Source of the DNA: a virus
Lineage: Duplodnaviria; Caudoviricetes
IMG/VR virus record: IMGVR_UViG_3300025476_000001
Coordinates: 1-63,517 of that record
Direction: 5' to 3' (one strand)
DNA: 63,517 nucleotides
In this document: positions 29,990-39,560 of the stretch, piece after piece
How positions within the stretch are numbered: position 1 is the stretch's first letter
Layout of the letters: the number at the start of each line of letters is the position of its first letter
The notes under the pieces: model-generated
The model's database searches: none
What the model saw: the letters and a program-made list of their open reading frames with translations, nothing else
What the model was told of the DNA's origin: nothing
Made by a program: the position numbers and the translations under genes

Positions 29990-30032
29990 ACCAAAAGGTC
30001 TGAGGAGACTGTAAATTGAAAAGGAGAAATAA

Positions 30033-31508
30033 ATGGGCCGCGAAAAGATAGTGAACGATTTGTACAAGTTTTTAAAAGAGGACGTAACAGTTGAGAAGTT
30101 ATTCGAAGCTGATATCTCTGCTTACGGCGACGTTCTTAATGAAGGGAAATTACCTGCAGATACATCAGTAGCTACTTCTGATCAGATTCAAATGTTGGCA
30201 GAGAAGAAATGTCCTAAATGCAAGACAGATATGAAGGGCGTAAAGAGCCACGAGAAAGGCGAAGGAAAAATATATACTTGCCCGAAGTGTGGTATGGAAT
30301 ATAGTGAGAAAAAAGAATCAGTCTCTGAGAAAGCGACTGACGATCCAGCTGTTAATAAAGATATAAAGACTGCTAATGCAGGTATTACCGAACAGCCCGA
30401 GATGTCTAAAGTGTCGAAAGAGATGGACAAAGCCACCTCTGATACTGAGAAAAAGTCTGATTTCAAGCAGGCTGCCGGTGTTGCAGATGTAAAGGACGAG
30501 AAGAAAGCTACTGTCAAAGTTACTGGTGTTGTTTCTGGTAATACTGATGAAGGGAAATTACCTGCAGATACATCAGTAGCTACTCCTGATCAGATTCAAA
30601 AGTTAGCCGAAACCGAAGATATATTTACCGTATCGAACGAGGAAGCAGCGAAGAAAATTCAGTCCAGATTCCCGAACTCGAAATATGAACGCAATACGCA
30701 GGGTACTTTTACTGTGTACGTTTCAGAGAAAACCACAGAGCCTTCACCTGCAGAAGTAAAAGCAGTTGAAGTTCCAGAAGTGAAAGCTGAAAAAGATGCG
30801 AACGTTCCTTTAAAGACGATGGCTACTGATAACTCGAACGCGTTAGCCAATTCTTCTCAGGTAGAGGATCCTGGTACTATGAAGACGACAAAACAAGAAC
30901 AGCCTGCGTCACAGCCGGCAGTTGCGTCTACTCAGGTGATTGACCCAGGAACCACTAGTACTGTCAAACAGGAACAAGCTGCCACTGAAAAGGGTGCAGT
31001 TAGTACAACCGAACCTGCTGCCACTGCTCCCGCGTCAACGAGTAGCGCTGCTTTTACAAAGGCCGAGGAAGACACCAACAAGTTGACCAAAGAGAGTAAA
31101 ATTTGTGATAAATGCAAGAGTGAGAAATGTGAGTGCGTTACGAGTCTCGAGAAGAAAGTCAAAGAAGACGTAAACATTACAGTCAAGACTGATGATAAGG
31201 AAGTAAATATCAATGCAGTTCCTGGTCAAACTACCGTTACCACCGCAGACGCAGTTGCTCCTGCACCGTTAGCATTGCCGTCTGATATATTGACGATGGA
31301 GGAACCAGAAGTCGAGGAACCAGAATACGAAGACGTGTTTGCAACTGAGATGGCAGAGAGATTTTACGCTGCTGATTATCTATCTGGATTCAAGAAGATA
31401 ACCGAAAAACAAGCGAAATTCGTGGCAGACATTAAAGCCAAAAAGATATCCAAAAAGAACAAGGAGAAAGTTTCCAAGAAGTTAAACGATATGAAAAAGG
31501 AGAAATAA
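30033..31508 (+). CDS. Low-complexity acidic/Lys-rich protein with Zn ribbons; possible prohead core/internal protein
   Basis: SD AAGGAG; duplicated peptide EGKLPADTSVAT(S/P)DQIQ(M/K)LAE; CPKC..CPKC. Confidence 0.65.
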   Translation: MGREKIVNDLYKFLKEDVTVEKLFEADISAYGDVLNEGKLPADTSVATSDQIQMLAEKKCPKCKTDMKGVKSHEKGEGKIYTCPKCGMEYSEKKESVSEKATDDPAVNKDIKTANAGITEQPEMSKVSKEMDKATSDTEKKSDFKQAAGVADVKDEKKATVKVTGVVSGNTDEGKLPADTSVATPDQIQKLAETEDIFTVSNEEAAKKIQSRFPNSKYERNTQGTFTVYVSEKTTEPSPAEVKAVEVPEVKAEKDANVPLKTMATDNSNALANSSQVEDPGTMKTTKQEQPASQPAVASTQVIDPGTTSTVKQEQAATEKGAVSTTEPAATAPASTSSAAFTKAEEDTNKLTKESKICDKCKSEKCECVTSLEKKVKEDVNITVKTDDKEVNINAVPGQTTVTTADAVAPAPLALPSDILTMEEPEVEEPEYEDVFATEMAERFYAADYLSGFKKITEKQAKFVADIKAKKISKKNKEKVSKKLNDMKKEK

Positions 31509-32176
31509 TGAACGACGTAAGACATATGATTGGCGAGACGATGCAAGTAAAGGAAGACGATTTAAGCTCAGATTCTGGTGCAAGACCAGAAGTCACTCCC
31601 GAGTTGATTGATTCTCTTATTGTTAACATGCCCGAACTCGCTGATTGCGACAAAGATATGTTGCTTAAGGGAATGCAACACGAGATGGAACACTTTGATT
31701 CAGTTGGTGGCGATATCAATATTGTTGCCAAAATCACCTGTGATCATATGCAGGAATTTCCTGATCAGGACTACTATGGTGCATTGGCACAAATGGAAGC
31801 TAATATGGATCAGGAGATGGAAGGTGGAGAAGTCGGAGCCGAACCCGTAGGTGAGAAATGGGACACAAAAGGCCCAGTAGTCTCTCCGTCAGAAGAAGGT
31901 AAATACAAAGGCAAGACTATTGCAGATTTGCGCAAGATGAGAAGTACACTAAAGTCTAAGAAAGAAAGAACGAAAGAAGAGTCCGACAAACTGCGCGAGT
32001 TGAATTTTGCTATTCGTTCCAAGACAGGTTGGGGCAAAGTTTCTGAAGAGGCAGTAGAACAAGGAAAGTCTAACGAAACTAAGGAACCAAAGGAAGACGA
32101 ACAGATTGAGATGAAGAAAGAAGCTAACAAGAAAGAAGAAGACAGAATCAACAAGGAAGCCGCAGAGAAGAAATAG
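31508..32176 (+). CDS. Hypothetical protein with DUF5661-like motif
   Basis: KGMQHEMEH...AKITCDHMQEFPDQDYY resembles the G..VE.EH...IA.DH..E.PDYY family, recalled from memory. Confidence 0.55.
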   Translation: MNDVRHMIGETMQVKEDDLSSDSGARPEVTPELIDSLIVNMPELADCDKDMLLKGMQHEMEHFDSVGGDINIVAKITCDHMQEFPDQDYYGALAQMEANMDQEMEGGEVGAEPVGEKWDTKGPVVSPSEEGKYKGKTIADLRKMRSTLKSKKERTKEESDKLRELNFAIRSKTGWGKVSEEAVEQGKSNETKEPKEDEQIEMKKEANKKEEDRINKEAAEKK

Positions 32177-32219
32177 AGACTGGTAGAGCCGACTGTTTGT
32201 GATGAGGAGATAGATTATA

Positions 32220-32663
32220 ATGAGCGTGATAATTGCTCAAAGACTTATCGATGTAGTTAAGACATTTAATGATTTAGGTATCGAATTATATGGTATTACA
32301 TGTACGTTGTATGTTCCTACGAATTTGACGCCTCTTGAGCCTAATGACGTTTACACTTCTCCAGACGATATTACTTACACTAAATGGGAATGCGTGAAGG
32401 TTTGGATTACTTGGTTTGAGAAAGATTTGCACAGATTACGCAAGCTCGGAATATTTGCTGAGAACGAGACTCCAATTCTGGCGAGATTCAAGAACGTGCC
32501 TGAGGTTACAATTCAGAGTTATGTCAAACTTAAGAGTCAATATATACCAGGCACGTTCGATACTGACGAGTTTGAAGTGGTCGATGTGATGATGCAGAAT
32601 ATGTACGACAACGAGGTTTATCGTTGGTTTAAGTTAGCCCCTCGTAGAAAGAAGAATGTATGA
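32220..32663 (+). CDS. Head closure/neck protein (gp14-like)
   Basis: Position; IELYGITCTLYVP...LRKLGIF pattern. Confidence 0.5.
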   Translation: MSVIIAQRLIDVVKTFNDLGIELYGITCTLYVPTNLTPLEPNDVYTSPDDITYTKWECVKVWITWFEKDLHRLRKLGIFAENETPILARFKNVPEVTIQSYVKLKSQYIPGTFDTDEFEVVDVMMQNMYDNEVYRWFKLAPRRKKNV

Positions 32664-32866
32664 AGATTAGAAAATTGACGAATGTTAGTGATAGTGATAT
32701 GGGTATTGTTTTAGAAGAAGGTAATACCGTGTTTCTGCATCCTGGAGAACAGATGGAGAATGTTTCAATTAGAGCTGCGCAGGGTTTGCCGAAGGGTGCA
32801 AAACTTGAATATGATTTGTCAGAAGTTCCGCAGATTAACGAAGACAGGAAACTATTATTTGACTAA
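32660..32866 (+). CDS. Small hypothetical protein
   Basis: Coupled ORF. Confidence 0.6.
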   Translation: MKIRKLTNVSDSDMGIVLEEGNTVFLHPGEQMENVSIRAAQGLPKGAKLEYDLSEVPQINEDRKLLFD

Positions 32867-32867
32867 G

Positions 32868-33113
32868 ATGAAGATTAACAAACAGAAGACAGAACAATCG
32901 CAACAGTTCAAAATTGTAACAATACATCTGTTGGCTAATAAAATCTTCTGCGAATTTATAAAGATGAACGAGACGTTTCACGTCGAACCCGAATATTTCT
33001 TTGAGAATTGGATTGATAGAAATGTGCTAAAACCGGATGAACAGTTAAAGAAATGGACGTGGAGATATTTCATGGAGAACTTGATAGAATTTAGAAAATT
33101 TCAAAAATTATGA
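32868..33113 (+). CDS. Small hypothetical protein
   Basis: ATG 32868 directly after the previous stop; coupled to the next gene. Confidence 0.55.
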   Translation: MKINKQKTEQSQQFKIVTIHLLANKIFCEFIKMNETFHVEPEYFFENWIDRNVLKPDEQLKKWTWRYFMENLIEFRKFQKL

Positions 33114-33772
33114 GTTCATTTATTCAGACTATTGACAATGGAGTTAAGGCTTTAGTTTTCAGCAAGTTCAAGAGTTATCTCAACTTGAATAATCTGAATC
33201 AGGATATGGTGTTCTTTCCGTTCGAGATAGCCCAAAGAAAGATAGCAGAGAAACGCGGAGAGGCTACTGTAGAATTTATGAGCGTTTGGCGATATGGTCT
33301 TCAGTTCGACTGGAGTAGGCAGCGTTCTACTCTTGCCAGGCGTGGACTTGTAATGAACTATGTAAACAGTAGTTCGAAGTCTCAACTTGTTACTATTAAA
33401 GCAGTTCCAGCTACAATAGATTATCATTTCTGGTTATGGAGTAGAAATTTAGATTCAATAATGCAGGCTGCAGAATCGTATCTGTTCTGGGTACACGATC
33501 ATCCGCAGTTGGTGTTGTTTTACAATGGTCTTTATGAGATGGACATGTATATGAAGTTTGGGTCAGCTATTGATCGTACGAACTATAACATATATGAGAA
33601 AGGTCAATATTTTGTGTATGAATTCTCGATATCCCTGGAAGGATGGGTAATGACTTCAATAATCACAAAGACGATATTGAAGATTATTCTTGACTTGTAT
33701 CTTCGAGAAGGTACAGCTCCACACTACAGGGATACTTTAGTGGATGAGTTTATTATCACAGCGACACCGTAA
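33110..33772 (+). CDS. Tail terminator/completion protein (gp15-like)
   Basis: Immediately before sheath; AVPATIDYHFWLWS..., FSISLEGW pattern. Confidence 0.6.
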   Translation: MSSFIQTIDNGVKALVFSKFKSYLNLNNLNQDMVFFPFEIAQRKIAEKRGEATVEFMSVWRYGLQFDWSRQRSTLARRGLVMNYVNSSSKSQLVTIKAVPATIDYHFWLWSRNLDSIMQAAESYLFWVHDHPQLVLFYNGLYEMDMYMKFGSAIDRTNYNIYEKGQYFVYEFSISLEGWVMTSIITKTILKIILDLYLREGTAPHYRDTLVDEFIITATP

Positions 33773-33872
33773 TATTCGGGGCTAAAGGAACGCTCTGAGA
33801 AGAACGATGGTAAGGAGAGTTTGGATAAATGCAAGTTTTAAACAAAGAAACATTTAAACAAGGGGGTTAAAG

Positions 33873-35483
33873 ATGTCCTTCTATTTGAGTGCGGGTGTAT
33901 ACACTCGAGAACTGAATTTAAGCAATATTGTGCCGACAATCGCAACGACTACTGCAGCACTCGTAGGGTATTCGACAAAAGGCGATACTACACAAATTAG
34001 GTTAATGACCAATACTCAACAATTTATTGCTGAGTATGGTGAACCAGTATTAGGCACTGATTTCCACTATGCTGCATTGGCATTCTTAGAAACTGGAAAT
34101 CAACTTTGGTGCTACAGAGTGCAAAACGGTGCTTTGTACGGCGGAGTTAAGATTAAGACCAGTACTGATGGAACCAACGCCGCAATTGTTGACGGTGTTT
34201 CTTCTCCTGATTTTGTATTTATCTCTGGGGAAGACAATCTGTTCAATATTTATGGTGCTAATGCAGGTGCATGGAACAACGACATCGGAATTCAGATTAT
34301 TAGAACAACTGTCAATGATGCGTTGTATGTGTTTCAAATTGATGTATATTTCAGAGATATTACAGGAACGTTTCAAAAAGTTGAGTCTTGGACAGTTTCC
34401 AGAAAGCATCAGATAGACGGATTCGGAAGACAGCAATATTTGGAAACAGTTATCAATGGATTTAGCGATTATATTGTAGTAGCTGACAGCACAATAGATG
34501 ATGCAACTTTACCCAAGCAACAGACCTCTACATTGGCCTTTGCACAAGGTAGTGATGGATCGGCAATTGCCGAGTCACATTTAATGGCAGGCTGGGACAA
34601 ATTCGCAAATCCGGATGAGGTTGATATCAGAATTATGATTGAGCCGGGTTTCTTCTCAATTGCAGTTCAAGAGAAGATGAAAGAGGTAGCCGAATCCAGA
34701 AAGGATTGTATGGCTATCTTAAATATGGATCCCGCTCAGACGTCTTCAGCAGCAACAATGATTGCCTGGAGAAATGGCACTCAGAGTTTGAATTCCAGTT
34801 ATGTAGCATTGTATGCGCCGTTGGTTCAGGTATATGACCAATACAATTCTACTCTCGTTGTTTTGGCTGGTTCTGGATATATCGCTGCTCAGTACGCTTA
34901 TAACGACTATATACGAAACGTATGGAACGCTCCTGCTGGTCTGAATAGAGGAATTCTGAATGTTCTTAGCATTTGTGATCAGAATGGTACTAAATTAGCT
35001 TTCACACAGGGCGATAGAGATATGCTTTATCAGGCACAGATTAACCCATTGCAGATATTTCCCGGGTCTGGAAACGTTATCTGGGGTCAAAAGACAGAAA
35101 CGACAACTGCATCAGCTTTGGATAGGGTAAATGTAAGAAGGTTGCTTATCATCCTTGAGAAGGCAATGGCAGTATCGTTGAGATCATTTGTATTTGAACC
35201 AAATGATGACAACACTCGGTTTAGGATTACTGCGATGTTGGATACCTATCTTGATACTCTTAGCGGGTCAGGTGCGTTTGAAACTACTTCAACTGATACT
35301 AAAGGATACCAAGTAGTTTGTGATGAAACAAACAACACACCGGATATTATTGACAGAAATGAACTTCACGTCGATGTGTTTGTAAAACCTGTAAGAACAG
35401 CAGAATTTATTCAACTTCAGGTTATTGTTACGACAACCGGTGCAAACTTTAATGAACTGATAGCTCGTGGCTTTAACCTGTAA
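33873..35483 (+). CDS. Tail sheath protein (gp18-like)
   Basis: SAGVYTRE, WNAPAGLNRG, WGQKT, RVNVRRLL, FEPND, CDETNNT..IDRN, KPVRTAEFI. Confidence 0.96.
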   Translation: MSFYLSAGVYTRELNLSNIVPTIATTTAALVGYSTKGDTTQIRLMTNTQQFIAEYGEPVLGTDFHYAALAFLETGNQLWCYRVQNGALYGGVKIKTSTDGTNAAIVDGVSSPDFVFISGEDNLFNIYGANAGAWNNDIGIQIIRTTVNDALYVFQIDVYFRDITGTFQKVESWTVSRKHQIDGFGRQQYLETVINGFSDYIVVADSTIDDATLPKQQTSTLAFAQGSDGSAIAESHLMAGWDKFANPDEVDIRIMIEPGFFSIAVQEKMKEVAESRKDCMAILNMDPAQTSSAATMIAWRNGTQSLNSSYVALYAPLVQVYDQYNSTLVVLAGSGYIAAQYAYNDYIRNVWNAPAGLNRGILNVLSICDQNGTKLAFTQGDRDMLYQAQINPLQIFPGSGNVIWGQKTETTTASALDRVNVRRLLIILEKAMAVSLRSFVFEPNDDNTRFRITAMLDTYLDTLSGSGAFETTSTDTKGYQVVCDETNNTPDIIDRNELHVDVFVKPVRTAEFIQLQVIVTTTGANFNELIARGFNL

Positions 35484-35513
35484 GAAAGAGAAACATAAAT
35501 AAGGAGGACTAAC

Positions 35514-36032
35514 ATGCCCCAGATGGGAATTGACAGTTTAAAGACGAATTTAACAAATCCCGCAAGACCGTTTTTATGGGAAGTGATTGTCCCAGTTCCA
35601 ATTGGAAACGGAGATTCACAAACCTATACTGTGAGAGCTCAGTCTACCGAAATACCTGGCAGAAGCAATCCGCAGATCAAGATTCCTTACAAACAGACTG
35701 CAGGAATTGTAGTTGCTGGTAAGTTGACTTATGATCAGACATGGACGGTCACGTTTATAGAGGGTGAAGACAAGAAAGTGTTTGATGCTATAGAGTCATG
35801 GCAACAAATTATCGTTAACAATTTGACCGGGATTGGTGTAGGGGATCCGTTTTACAAGACGGATGTGTACCTGACTACAATCACAGTTGGTGGTGAAGTG
35901 TATATGAAAATCAAGCTGAAGGGTGCGTGGGTGCAGAATCTTGGTAAAGTTGCAGTTGATTATGCCGGCGGAGACGGAACCATCAAATATCCAATTACTT
36001 TTTCGTTTGATACCTGGGAACAAGTTTCCTAA
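35514..36032 (+). CDS. Tail tube protein (gp19-like)
   Basis: Follows sheath; ARPFLWEV, AGKLTYDQTWTVTF, ITFSFDTW. Confidence 0.85.
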   Translation: MPQMGIDSLKTNLTNPARPFLWEVIVPVPIGNGDSQTYTVRAQSTEIPGRSNPQIKIPYKQTAGIVVAGKLTYDQTWTVTFIEGEDKKVFDAIESWQQIIVNNLTGIGVGDPFYKTDVYLTTITVGGEVYMKIKLKGAWVQNLGKVAVDYAGGDGTIKYPITFSFDTWEQVS

Positions 36033-36043
36033 TCGGAGTGTAA

Positions 36044-36604
36044 ATGGCAGGAGTTAGCGTACCAGTTGATTGGATTCTGTCGAAGGCACGTTTTCAGAGA
36101 AATTATCTCTGGGACGTGCTTTTGCCAGACATTGGTGTAAACACAAATGCCAACGCCACGACCAATGCTCTTTTCGAAGGGTTAGTTGGTTTCGGGTTGG
36201 CACAGCTTGTTAGAGCTGTGCAGTTTGGTGATTACAGCATGTCGGATGCTAGTACAATGCGTGTTGGTCCTTACAAGGCGAACTTTGCTGGGTTGTTAAC
36301 TGTTGACAAGATACGCATCACATTCGTGAAGACGATGCCTGATGCAGTATCAGCATACATCAATGCTTGGAAGAATTTGATTGTCGATGATGCAGGTTTA
36401 TTTCACCCAAAAGTTAATTATCAAAGAACTATTTATGTTCGGTTTATAGACTCAACAGGGATTGCTCTTGGTCAATATAAGTTAATAGGGTGTTTTCCTG
36501 TGACGTTTCCAAAGTACAATCTTGACTATAACAATAATGATCTTACTACGGTGCAGGTTGAATTTGCTGTAGATAAGATTGAATATCAATGGTTTGGGAA
36601 TTAA
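36044..36604 (+). CDS. Second tube-fold protein (tube initiator, gp54-like)
   Basis: Tube-like pattern YKLIGCFP...LDY...VEFAVD. Confidence 0.65.
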   Translation: MAGVSVPVDWILSKARFQRNYLWDVLLPDIGVNTNANATTNALFEGLVGFGLAQLVRAVQFGDYSMSDASTMRVGPYKANFAGLLTVDKIRITFVKTMPDAVSAYINAWKNLIVDDAGLFHPKVNYQRTIYVRFIDSTGIALGQYKLIGCFPVTFPKYNLDYNNNDLTTVQVEFAVDKIEYQWFGN

Positions 36605-36606
36605 TA

Positions 36607-36843
36607 ATGAAGAATTTATTCGAGTTTATCAAAAAACAGATTAACGAGAGTGTTGTAACAACCCAAATCACCGATATGAACAACAAATTGCTTGGTGTGC
36701 TTGTCGAAGATGAGACGATGATTGAGCTGCGTACACCTATGGGTCAAGCGTTGGGGCGATATATCAAGGCTTCAAATACCACAACCGATATGATGAACAA
36801 GGCGTTAGCTAAAGGAAACACGTTGATGTCAATGTTGAAATAG
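36607..36843 (+). CDS. Small hypothetical protein with CTS-like leader MKNLFEFIKKQINES
   Basis: ATG 36607 after the previous stop. Confidence 0.6.
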   Translation: MKNLFEFIKKQINESVVTTQITDMNNKLLGVLVEDETMIELRTPMGQALGRYIKASNTTTDMMNKALAKGNTLMSMLK

Positions 36844-36895
36844 GAGAAGTTAAAATCAAAAACTTTCCTCACAAAAAGAAAAAAGGAGAGAACAA

Positions 36896-37633
36896 ATGCA
36901 AGACAATTTTGTAACAGTAAAGTTACCTTCCAAATGTCTAGTCTATCCAGACATAGACTTGGTGAAGGACCCCGATTCAATTCAAATTCGCACGTTCAAG
37001 GGCCGCGACGAAAAACTTATCGCTGAGTTAAGCAACGAGAATTTCGAGAAGAAGTTTGTTATAGTGTTGCGCAGTGTTTTGAAGGGTATTGATCCTGTTA
37101 AACTTACTCTAGGAGATCGTTTGTATTTGATAGTTTGGGAAGCTATTAACTCTTACTCAAAAATATTCTCAGTTGATTTTGAGTGTGAACATTGTTGGCA
37201 GAAGAATATCTATGACGTTGATTTATCTATGTTAGATGTGCTTGCGCTTCCAGATGACTACAAAGAACCATATGAACTCAAACTTCCTGTGTCTGGCGAA
37301 GTTGTGAAGTGTAGATTGTTGCGAGTGGAAGATTTACTGAAGGTGAACGAGTTGGAGAAGGCAAATCAGAACGTGTGGCTTTATCGTTATGCGTTATCAC
37401 TGGCAGATGACAGAGGAATCTGGGATAAGGTTGATTATTTGGAGAATTTGTCAACCAAGGATTTGATGATTATTAGAGCTTTTCATACAAAGTTTGATCA
37501 CGGACTTAAGATGGAAACAGGATACGAATGCCCAAAGTGTGGAGGTACCGGTATTATGCCGGTACCCTTTCGACTTGAGATGCTTCTTCCGTATGGGAAA
37601 AAGCTTGAACGATATACTGGAGATGCAGTTTGA
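36896..37633 (+). CDS. Baseplate hub assembly protein/tail chaperone (gp26-like)
   Basis: VKLPS, RTFKGRDEKLI, LTLGDRLYL, CEHC and CPKC; upstream of tape measure. Confidence 0.75.
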   Translation: MQDNFVTVKLPSKCLVYPDIDLVKDPDSIQIRTFKGRDEKLIAELSNENFEKKFVIVLRSVLKGIDPVKLTLGDRLYLIVWEAINSYSKIFSVDFECEHCWQKNIYDVDLSMLDVLALPDDYKEPYELKLPVSGEVVKCRLLRVEDLLKVNELEKANQNVWLYRYALSLADDRGIWDKVDYLENLSTKDLMIIRAFHTKFDHGLKMETGYECPKCGGTGIMPVPFRLEMLLPYGKKLERYTGDAV

Positions 37634-37781
37634 TCTATTGTATTATCTAAATATGACAATTCATGACTATGACAATAACGATGTCCGCGATAATAATTGG
37701 ATACATAGTCGGTTAGTTTTACAGAAGAAGGAAGAACAAAAGGCGCGTAAAGAAGCCGCGGGAGCAACTGATGGCAGATGA
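37593..37781 (+). CDS. Small baseplate/tail assembly chaperone (gp51-like or frameshift extension)
   Basis: Overlaps the gp26-like gene in the +1 frame and the tape-measure start. Confidence 0.5.
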   Translation: MGKSLNDILEMQFDLLYYLNMTIHDYDNNDVRDNNWIHSRLVLQKKEEQKARKEAAGATDGR

Positions 37782-39552
37782 TATTAGCGAGAAAATAGAC
37801 AAGCTAGCCAAGGAAGTAAAGAAGATGAGTAAGACTTCGACTACTTCTGCACGCGATCCTATTAAGGATATGAAAGACGCCGGGTTTGGGGCGTTTACTG
37901 CAGAAGGTCAGAAGGCTCTTAATATTATTAATATTAGATACACTGGCGATTTTCTTACCTTCTTTATAGAGTTAGAGAAGAAATACTCTGGTTATACGCG
38001 ACAAACCGCAGAAATTACCAGAATTAAGAGCGTCCGTCAGAAGATTGGCGATTTGTCAGTATTAATTGATAAACTTCTGTTAGGAACAATCTCATCAGAT
38101 CCGTCAAAAGATATACAGAATATTAGACAGAGTGTTAATGATTTGGACTCAGAATTTGAATTCTTTACTAATTCTGCGAAAGTTACCAACGTGTTATCTG
38201 AGAATATGAAAGAAGTAGAGGGATCTACCGGAATTAGCATAGACGATTTGAAATATGCGCAAGGGTTGTTTGGTAGAAAGACTCAACAGCTAGCGAAGAG
38301 ATCGCGCATTTCGCCTGAACTTAAAGATTTTGGGAAAGGTATGCTAAAGGGTGTAGCTATCTCTGCTCTAGCACCGTTTGCCCCATTTATATCCCCAGCC
38401 ACTAAGATGTTTCAAGGTAATAGACGACGTGCAGAAACCGTAGAAAGTTCTGCATTTGAGAATGCTGGTATAAATCGCGAGGAGTCAGTTCCTAGACCAA
38501 CTTCTGAGAGAACACCAGAATTTGCTTCAATGGGTACAAGTGTTGGAGAAGAACAAGTTGGGGGAAGACGTCGGGCTGCAGCAGGCGGAGGCGGTGGAAG
38601 ACCTGGTAGTCACAGCACGCAAGATGAATTATTTTTGTTCTTTAATACGAAAGCTAGTCAGGCCAAATGGACGAAAGAGTTGCTCGAAGCAGTTGGTGGT
38701 GGTACCGCAGAGAAAGATCCAACAAAGAAGGCGGGTGGTTTTGAAATGTCCGGTATAGCTGGAATGTTGGGCAATTTAGGTAAGGCTATACTCCCTGCTC
38801 TTGGTCCTATCCTGGGTGTTACTGCTTCAGCTGTTGGCGGTTGGATGGCTGGTAGATGGTTGGGTGAACATATTAAGTGGGGTGGCAAGAGTTTAGATAA
38901 ACATGTTCAGGATGGATTTGTTAAGTTGATGGGTGGAGATGAAAAGGATCGGTTAAAGAAAGCATCTAGAGAAGCAACACGTCCAGAGATGAAACGGGCT
39001 CTCGAGTTAGTGGCTGGGGGAATGAACCCGCGAGAAGCAGCACTACAGGCCAGTTCAGAGCTTGGAATCACACCCGGTAAAGGGGCTGAAACTAAAAAGC
39101 AGATTGGTAAGACCGGTCTTGTTTCTACTATCGGTGTTGGGGAACAAGGTGAGATGGAGAAGAAATCTGCTTATGAAACTGATGTTAAAAAATACCTGCC
39201 TGGCGGTACTGCAGGAATGAGTGTTGGTGAGATAAGCAAGGCTGTAAAGACTGGTAGAGAGACAGAAGCTAAAGAACGTGATGCAGATAAGAGAATGGGT
39301 ATTGACAATGCAGTAGAAGGTAAGTGGGCTGATGGTAGAAAAGAGAAAGTTCCTATTGATACTGCTCAAGCTGAATTAGCGAAGACACAGAAAGATAGTG
39401 CAGAAAAACTTCATACTGCCGTTACTACTATGAGCGAGGCTATGACAGGTGCTGGTAAAACAGGTACAAAAGGTAAACAAAGTGGACACGACGCGAATAA
39501 TACTAGAAATCCTGTACTGTCATCAATTGGTGCAGGTCAGATTACGGATTAG
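37771..39552 (+). CDS. Tape measure protein (593 aa)
   Basis: Helical Ala/Gly/Lys-rich; position between chaperone and baseplate genes; size comparable with T4 gp29. Confidence 0.65.
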   Translation: MADDISEKIDKLAKEVKKMSKTSTTSARDPIKDMKDAGFGAFTAEGQKALNIINIRYTGDFLTFFIELEKKYSGYTRQTAEITRIKSVRQKIGDLSVLIDKLLLGTISSDPSKDIQNIRQSVNDLDSEFEFFTNSAKVTNVLSENMKEVEGSTGISIDDLKYAQGLFGRKTQQLAKRSRISPELKDFGKGMLKGVAISALAPFAPFISPATKMFQGNRRRAETVESSAFENAGINREESVPRPTSERTPEFASMGTSVGEEQVGGRRRAAAGGGGGRPGSHSTQDELFLFFNTKASQAKWTKELLEAVGGGTAEKDPTKKAGGFEMSGIAGMLGNLGKAILPALGPILGVTASAVGGWMAGRWLGEHIKWGGKSLDKHVQDGFVKLMGGDEKDRLKKASREATRPEMKRALELVAGGMNPREAALQASSELGITPGKGAETKKQIGKTGLVSTIGVGEQGEMEKKSAYETDVKKYLPGGTAGMSVGEISKAVKTGRETEAKERDADKRMGIDNAVEGKWADGRKEKVPIDTAQAELAKTQKDSAEKLHTAVTTMSEAMTGAGKTGTKGKQSGHDANNTRNPVLSSIGAGQITD

Positions 39553-39560
39553 GAGTATCG

